Below, piece by piece: positions 58,266 through 64,000 of a DNA stretch of 64,000 nt. The translations under genes were made by a program, and so were the position numbers. Positions within the stretch are counted from its first letter, which is position 1. Each line of letters begins with the position of its first letter. The stretch is taken from assembly GCA_900617105.1 (NCBI GenBank), contig UYFQ01000056.1, forward strand, positions 1 to 64,000, read 5' to 3'. The DNA comes from Hydrurus foetidus. Its lineage: Eukaryota. The notes below the pieces were generated by a model. The model was not told where the DNA came from and made no database searches. It saw only the letters and a program-made list of their open reading frames with translations.

Positions 58266-58886
58266 TTGTGGGAGAATTCAGGAAGAGGACATTTCAGTGA
58301 TTTTGATAATGTTCTAATTAATAATAGTATTCACGATGGAGTAAATAATTTGAAGGTATGTCGTAACGTTGAGAAAGAAATTAAAAATGAAATTTTTTCT
58401 AAAGATGATAGTGCAAGAATAATAAAAGAATTTAATAAAAAAATGAGTATCAGAAGTTTTTTATTGGCTTGTGGATCATGTGGAAGAAGAAAATATAATG
58501 TAACTTTTAAAGAAGTAAATGTTGAAATTGATCTCCAAATTTTAAAATCAAATAACTTTCAAATACACGAGTTGAATAATTTAAATGAGTATAAAGATGT
58601 GGCCTCTGTATGCAAGATTAATGAAGTATTATATCACATTCATCATATAACAAAACGAAAAGGCTGCTATTACACCAACTTGTGTAGTGTCTGCAACTTT
58701 GACATAAGGAGCATCGCTAATGGCCATGATTATGGAGACATTAGTAGACTGAAATATTTACTGCCTTTGTCAGTGGTAGAATGCATCTAATAAGTCGTAT
58801 TTGATTATACGCTTCTATTATCAAATTAAAGGAAGGTTCAAACAGGCAATTGGTGGGCAATGTTATAATATTTGAACAAGATGGAC
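58266..58886 (+). pseudogene. Helitron Rep/Hel N-terminal (DUF6570-like) remnant, truncated by the Gypsy-B LTR
   Basis: ACGSCG...LCSVC...SIANGHDYG...LPLSVVE, then after a frameshift SIIKLK...QLVGNVIIFEQDG, matching my recollection of the motif order upstream of Helitron Rep domains. Confidence 0.6.
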
Positions 58887-59295
58887 TGTGGTCTCACTAG
58901 GACTCTGGGCTGGAACGGAGGGCTGCTAGAACGCGGGCGAAGGAAAGGGGGTGATGGGGCTGGTGCTATGGATAGCAAAGTGGTTAGCTTACAGATAAAC
59001 ACAGCAGGTATCATGGCAATGAATCGTGTGGATCGGATCGTCCTCGATCCGATCCGAACGTACGCCTGTACCCGTACCGCCCGTACGGGTGTACGGGTCA
59101 CAGTGCCCCTCTCTATCTAAAGGGGTGTACTAACTATCAAAATTCATCATCAAAATACTAACTATGAATAGATTCTAACTATTGAAAAACTATTTCAGAC
59201 TGAAACCGGAAGTTTCGTACTGAATAAACCTCCATAAAACCTGTTGGGATTCAATGTAGAAGGAATCTTCATGATTTAGTGAATCAAAATGTTGT

Positions 59296-59416
59296 GTTTT
59301 GGTTTTGGTTTTGTTTTTGTTTTTGTTTTTGATTTTGTTTTTGTTTTTGTTTTTGTTTTTGTTTTTGTTTTTGTTTTTGGTTTTGGTTTTGGTTTTGGTT
59401 TTGTTTTTGGTTTTGG
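59296..59416. repeat. (TTTTTG/TTTTGG)n microsatellite in the Gypsy-B 3' untranslated region
   Basis: About 20 hexamer units, directly visible. Confidence 0.95.
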
Positions 59417-59451
59417 TCTTTTTTATTATTATTTTTTTTTTATGATATCGG

Positions 59452-62400
59452 TTATCGGTAGTTCGCGATGAATTCGCGTGGTATTAAATGTTTAAGGTTC
59501 TTTTTTATCAAAAATTCATGTACTTTTTGCGACTTGCGCATATGTGTCCACGGTTCCCAGGTGTTGTGTTCCTGAGTATAGTTGAGCCATTTCACATGAA
59601 ATGTGAGTGCTTTGTAAGCTCGAATGTTACCTTTCATTTCTACAATATCTTCGATGAAGAATTCTAGGTAGTCCCTACGAGCTATGTCGGTTGGGTCTAC
59701 ATGAGTTGGGTCGAATTGGAAAGGTTTTAATTGTGTCATGTGGTACACTTTTTCTTTATGTGTTATTAGATCGAGTAAAGTATACTCTGCGAAGTTGTGA
59801 CTGACAACTCGCATCGGACCACGCCACAGTGTGTGCATGCGTGTTTCCGGTGTTGTTCGCTGTTGCACAAGTACATATGTATTGACTCCAAATTGTGTGA
59901 TGTTGGGTGATTGTTTTGCATTGTGGATGTCGTCTGATTCTTTGAGTAAACGTGCAGTGATTTGGATAAGTTCATCCTGCAACGTCAACATTGTATCTGT
60001 TGATTTCGATAGTGAATGGGATTCCAAATCGATTTCGTCTCGCGGGAGTAGGATATTGGCATCGAGGTCGATAGCGTTGCCATAGATGAGTTGTGCAGGT
60101 GATACTTTCATACGGTCGTTTACAGTTGAATTTAGTATTCTTTGTACGAATGGTAGTATTTCCGCGTAATTTTCCGTTGTTGCGCGTTCGTACGCGTATG
60201 CGGTGATGTGACGATTTATTTCTTTGTTGATACGTTCGACGATAGCGTTTTCTTCTGAACAGTATGGTAATATTTTGTTGTGGTTTGTACCAACAATTTT
60301 CACGAACTCATCGATAATGTGAGCGACGAACTGTGGGCCATTATCTGATCGAAGTATAGATGGTGTGCCGTATCGGCCCACGTGTTCTATGAGTGCTTTG
60401 CACGCTGCTTTAGCTGTTGCATCAGGTGTAGCATAGAGTTCGACAAATCTCGAAAATGTGTCGATCATAACAAGGATGTATCCTTTATCTGGGAATGGTC
60501 CGATGAAGTCAATATTAAGACATTCCATTGGTTTGTATGTTGATGTCGTGTATCTATATGCATTGATGGGATATTTCATAGCCGACATCTTTTGGCAACA
60601 AGGACAATTTTTTATGAATGTTTTTACTGCGTCACGCATTCCCAACCATATGTTATTTGATTTTTTTAAGTTACGCAGAGTGCGTTGAACACCACCGTGT
60701 CCGACTGTAGTGTTATGACACTTTGCAATTATGTTATATTGCTCTGTCGTCATCGGTTTGTGTGTCAGAATTGCAGCTATTATTCCTGATTTAGGTAGCA
60801 TTCTGTTTTTACATAGGCGAGACATTGCATCGGCAATTTCGTTTTGTTTCCCAGGGATATATCCTATCGTATATTCTAATTCTTGCAGGGCCATACGCCA
60901 TCTGCTGACCATTTCGTTCTTGTCTTTTTCAAGGAACGTCAGATTTTTGTGGTCTGTTAGGATTGTGAATTTACGATCTCGTAGCAGTGCGTCGAGATAG
61001 GTACAGCAATAATATAGCGCGAAGGCTTCTTTTTGTATTACTGACCATTTCAGTTGAGTCTTGGTAAGAGACTTGCTTACAAGAGCGACAAGTTGTTTTT
61101 CCCCGTCGACTTCTTGATACAAATAGCCGCCTATACCGTAATCCGAAGCATCGGTCATTAGGGTTATGGGCGCTGTATCGTGTATAAAATATAATAAAGG
61201 ACTCTGTGCAATTAGATCTTTGATCTTTTGGAAAGAGTTCGCAGCGTCATCTGTCCAGATAAGCAATGATTGCTTTTTCGCTGCGTGATCGATCATTTTA
61301 TGCAGTGGTGCAACCACGTTAGAGTGATTTGGTACATGATCCCGAAAATAGTTGGTGAGACCAAGAAACGATCTTAGTTCGGTCGTCTTTCTTGGCATAG
61401 GAAAGTCGGTCACACCTCTTATTTTTTAGAGCTCATAGTTATACCATCTTTAGATATTTGTTTACCAACATATTCAACTAATTTTACATTTAGTTTAAGC
61501 TTTGCAGCTTTTAGTGATATGTTTTTTCTTCGAGACGTTGAAACAATATTTCTAAACGTTCGCAGAACTCCTCAAATCCATTACCATAAACGATTATATC
61601 GTCGAGGTATACTTCACAAATGTGATATATTAGTCCCAGAAGGACTATTGTGGCCATCATTTCTTGGAAATATGAGGGAGCTCTTTTGGGTCCGAATGGT
61701 AGTCGGGTAAAGTGGTAAATACCCATAAAGGTGATGAACGCGGTGTACACGCGTGTACTCAGAGTCAGTGGGGCTTGGTGATAACCTGCAGTGAGGTCGA
61801 TTACACCGAATGTGTCTGCCTTTTGTGAACCTAATCTCGCTAACATTTGTCTAATATTAGGAATTGGCCAGCTTGCTGACTCTGTTGCATCGTTGAGGTG
61901 ACGGTAGTCAATACAGAATCGGTATGAACCGTCTGGCTTAGACGCAAGTGTAACTTGTGAGTAGTATGATGCCTCTGATTTGACTATTATACCCTGTTCT
62001 AGCATAGTATCAACTTGTTTACGGATTTCAATTTGTTTCCGTATTGACGTTGGTCGGGGTGCTACACGATTCCTGAATACTTTCCATTCTGGATCCCGTA
62101 CGGGTAGTCCAAACGGTGGAATACGTGCAGGTTCCGGCCCGAGTTTGTTGTTGAAAAGCTTAATGTGTTTGACACAGATTGCTCTTATTTTTACTATTTG
62201 GTCAGGGGTACCATCGATGTGTATTAAATCGATGAGGTACATTTTATCCTCTGTTGGATTGTCTTGGAAAGGAGCGAAGGTATCCTTCGACTTGTAGTCA
62301 ATCTCTTCGGGTCCGAAGGGTTGAACCTCCGGGAGTTCTTCACGCTCCCGGAGTAGAGCAGCAACTAGACCACGCGTTTGAGCTGGTGCCTTGGATGAGG

Positions 62401-63667
62401 GAGTTGGAGTAGCTAATTCCGGACTCCTGTCGGTTGTTAAACCTAAATCACTGTGTCGGGGAGGTGACAACAAAACTGCTGCCTCGACCGTAGAGTGCAC
62501 AGTGAACTCATCTAAAACAAGTTGAGCCGCTGCCGCAGCTGAACCTGTGGGACACCCGCATGATGCAGTGCATGTCTTGCTTGTACAAGCACCTCGAGCC
62601 ACCAGGTCGTCTTGCCATCGACTGTCTGCGTCTGAGGGTTTTATCCCCTCCTGGCTAGTTATAACCAGAGGTATGTTGTGTGTGTTTTTATTTTGTTGCG
62701 TTGTGTCAGTGTAGGTGACGACATGTTCAGGTTCTGCATATAGCAGCTGTACTGGAATAGTTGTAAGAACGTCCGTTCTCGACTTTTGTAATTGTTTTGA
62801 CGTCGGATGTGGAAGAAGTTCTGTTCCGATTTGATCTACATTTTGGAAGAATTCTGGAAGAATTTTTACCAGGTTGAGATCTTTGATTGTTTTTAATCCG
62901 AGGATTAAATCGACTTTGGAGTCTTCCGCAATTCGGACAGGAAGAGCGAAAGTGTATTTGAGAAAATCTTTTTTAAATGATACAACAATATCAAGCACAT
63001 GTGTAGATTCAATACATTGATTATTTAGACCGGAACACATCCATAAGGGAGAGTCCGTTGTGCGCAAGTGGGGTTCGCCTTGCAGGTCCCGAAGGACTCT
63101 ACGGTTGACTACGTCCCCAACTTGGCATCCGGTGTCGAGTTGTGCGAGAGCGGCCAAGTCGTTACTTGGGCTCGTATTTGTTGGAGGAGGAGGATTTCCC
63201 GGAGGTGTTGTTGTCGTCCCGGCGGTTGTCTTTGTCTTTCGCCGAGTCGCGCGACTCTTCCTTGCGGGAGTTGTCACGGTCGCGATCGTTAGCGCGGTGG
63301 TTGGGACGGTAACCGGGGATCGGATCTGTGGTAGAGATATTGTTACTTGTAAGTAATCGTCTATGTTTTCAGGTAATATCGCTGATAGTAGTTGTGTCAT
63401 GTTTAGAATTTTCTGACTGTCGTCAGAATGCAATGTATGACAACTTACTTTTGCCTTTGTATCCGAACTCTTGGCAGGTTTTGTTGTTGACGTTTCCGCG
63501 GCTACGGTTTGCGTCACGATCGGTGTTGCGGTCGTTGGCGTTGTTGTTGTTGCGTTCGTTATCGCGATCGTTGTTGGTACGATCCGACTTCGCATTGTTG
63601 TTGTTGTTGTTGTTGTTGTTTTTGTTATTGTTGTGTTTGTTTTTGTTGTTGTTGTCTTGGTCAGCAA
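59452..63667 (-). CDS. Gypsy-B Pol (PR-RT-RH-IN-CHD), frameshift in an A-run at ~61525
   Basis: LDTGC, RFCIDYR, YLDDII, TDASDYGIG, TDHKNL, HHCC, SDNGPQF, WRGPMRV and chromodomain FHVKWLNY...NTWEPW. The upstream gag frame is Asn-rich and has a premature TAG at ~63682. Confidence 0.92.
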
Positions 63668-64000
63668 CGGAACTCGGACGCTATGCTAAATGATCAGTAG
63701 GATGTGCTCCTTCGAAAGAACTGTTCGTGTTATGTTGGCGGCTGTAAAAAGTGAAGATTAGATTAAGATGCTTTCCCCCCGATTTCGGGAGAAAATTGAT
63801 GGAAAGTTGAATCGGACGGTGGAGCTCGCAGGACACGAAGTTGGGCGCGACGTCTGTAGGCTTTCGTTTACGAACGAATTTGATGTTTTCACTTGCTTAC
63901 AAGTTACTCGCTTGCGTTCTCCTTCAAGTTTTGAATGGAGCAACGATTTAAGTCGGAAAAAGTCGTCGAGACGAACTTTTTACTGGAAGCGTTTCAGAGG

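Larger units (their letters stand above)
58887..64000 (-). mobile_element. Ty3/Gypsy chromovirus (Gypsy-B), 3' part; runs off the window end
   Basis: 3' LTR 58887-59102 (TGTGGTC...GGTCACA). PPT AGAGAGGGG on the minus strand at ~59106-59114. pol order PR-RT-RH-IN-chromodomain. Confidence 0.93.

Noticed and set aside
58861..58886. TGTTATA as the Gypsy-B LTR edge
   Set aside because: These bases continue the Helitron-like reading (GNVIIFEQDG); TGTGGTC at 58887 matches the other LTR end better.
16236..61530. Programmed frameshifts at A-runs in the hAT (~16240), Crypton (~54590) and Gypsy-B (~61525) genes
   Set aside because: Each needs one extra base in a homopolymer, and the two Copia-B copies differ in the same way, so sequencing or assembly error is the simpler explanation.

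Overview
Eukaryotic nuclear DNA with spliceosomal GT-AG introns. It is probably a stramenopile-type protist; this is inferred only from the CryptonS-like element. A central host-gene block (~19.9-43.6 kb) holds PCH2/TRIP13, a PRXL2/FAM213-like redoxin, RPS14, a RING1-like PRC1 ligase, organellar bL21, a TSPOON/LOLITA-like TSET small subunit, an F-box membrane protein and two hypothetical genes. Two transposon piles flank it. Left pile: a Gypsy 5' half, two unrelated Copia elements head-to-head on one shared 5-bp target, and a hAT-like TIR element with a 5-bp TSD, all within ~90 bp of ancestral sequence upstream of PCH2. Right pile: pogo-like MITEs, a second copy of one Copia, a 224-bp inverted duplication, a CryptonS-like tyrosine-recombinase element with bipartite inverted ends, a Helitron remnant and a chromodomain Gypsy. 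Most interesting leads: (1) a hAT-like family with CTTGGTCC ends and an apparent AAGTT target, plus a 63-bp relative; (2) Copia elements with no canonical tRNA PBS whose PBS-position sequence pairs with their own LTR; (3) gag-pol recoding signals in both Copia families; (4) Crypton ends that would form a lox-like circle junction; (5) in-frame stops in otherwise intact host genes. Several single-base frameshifts lie in homopolymer runs and may be assembly errors.
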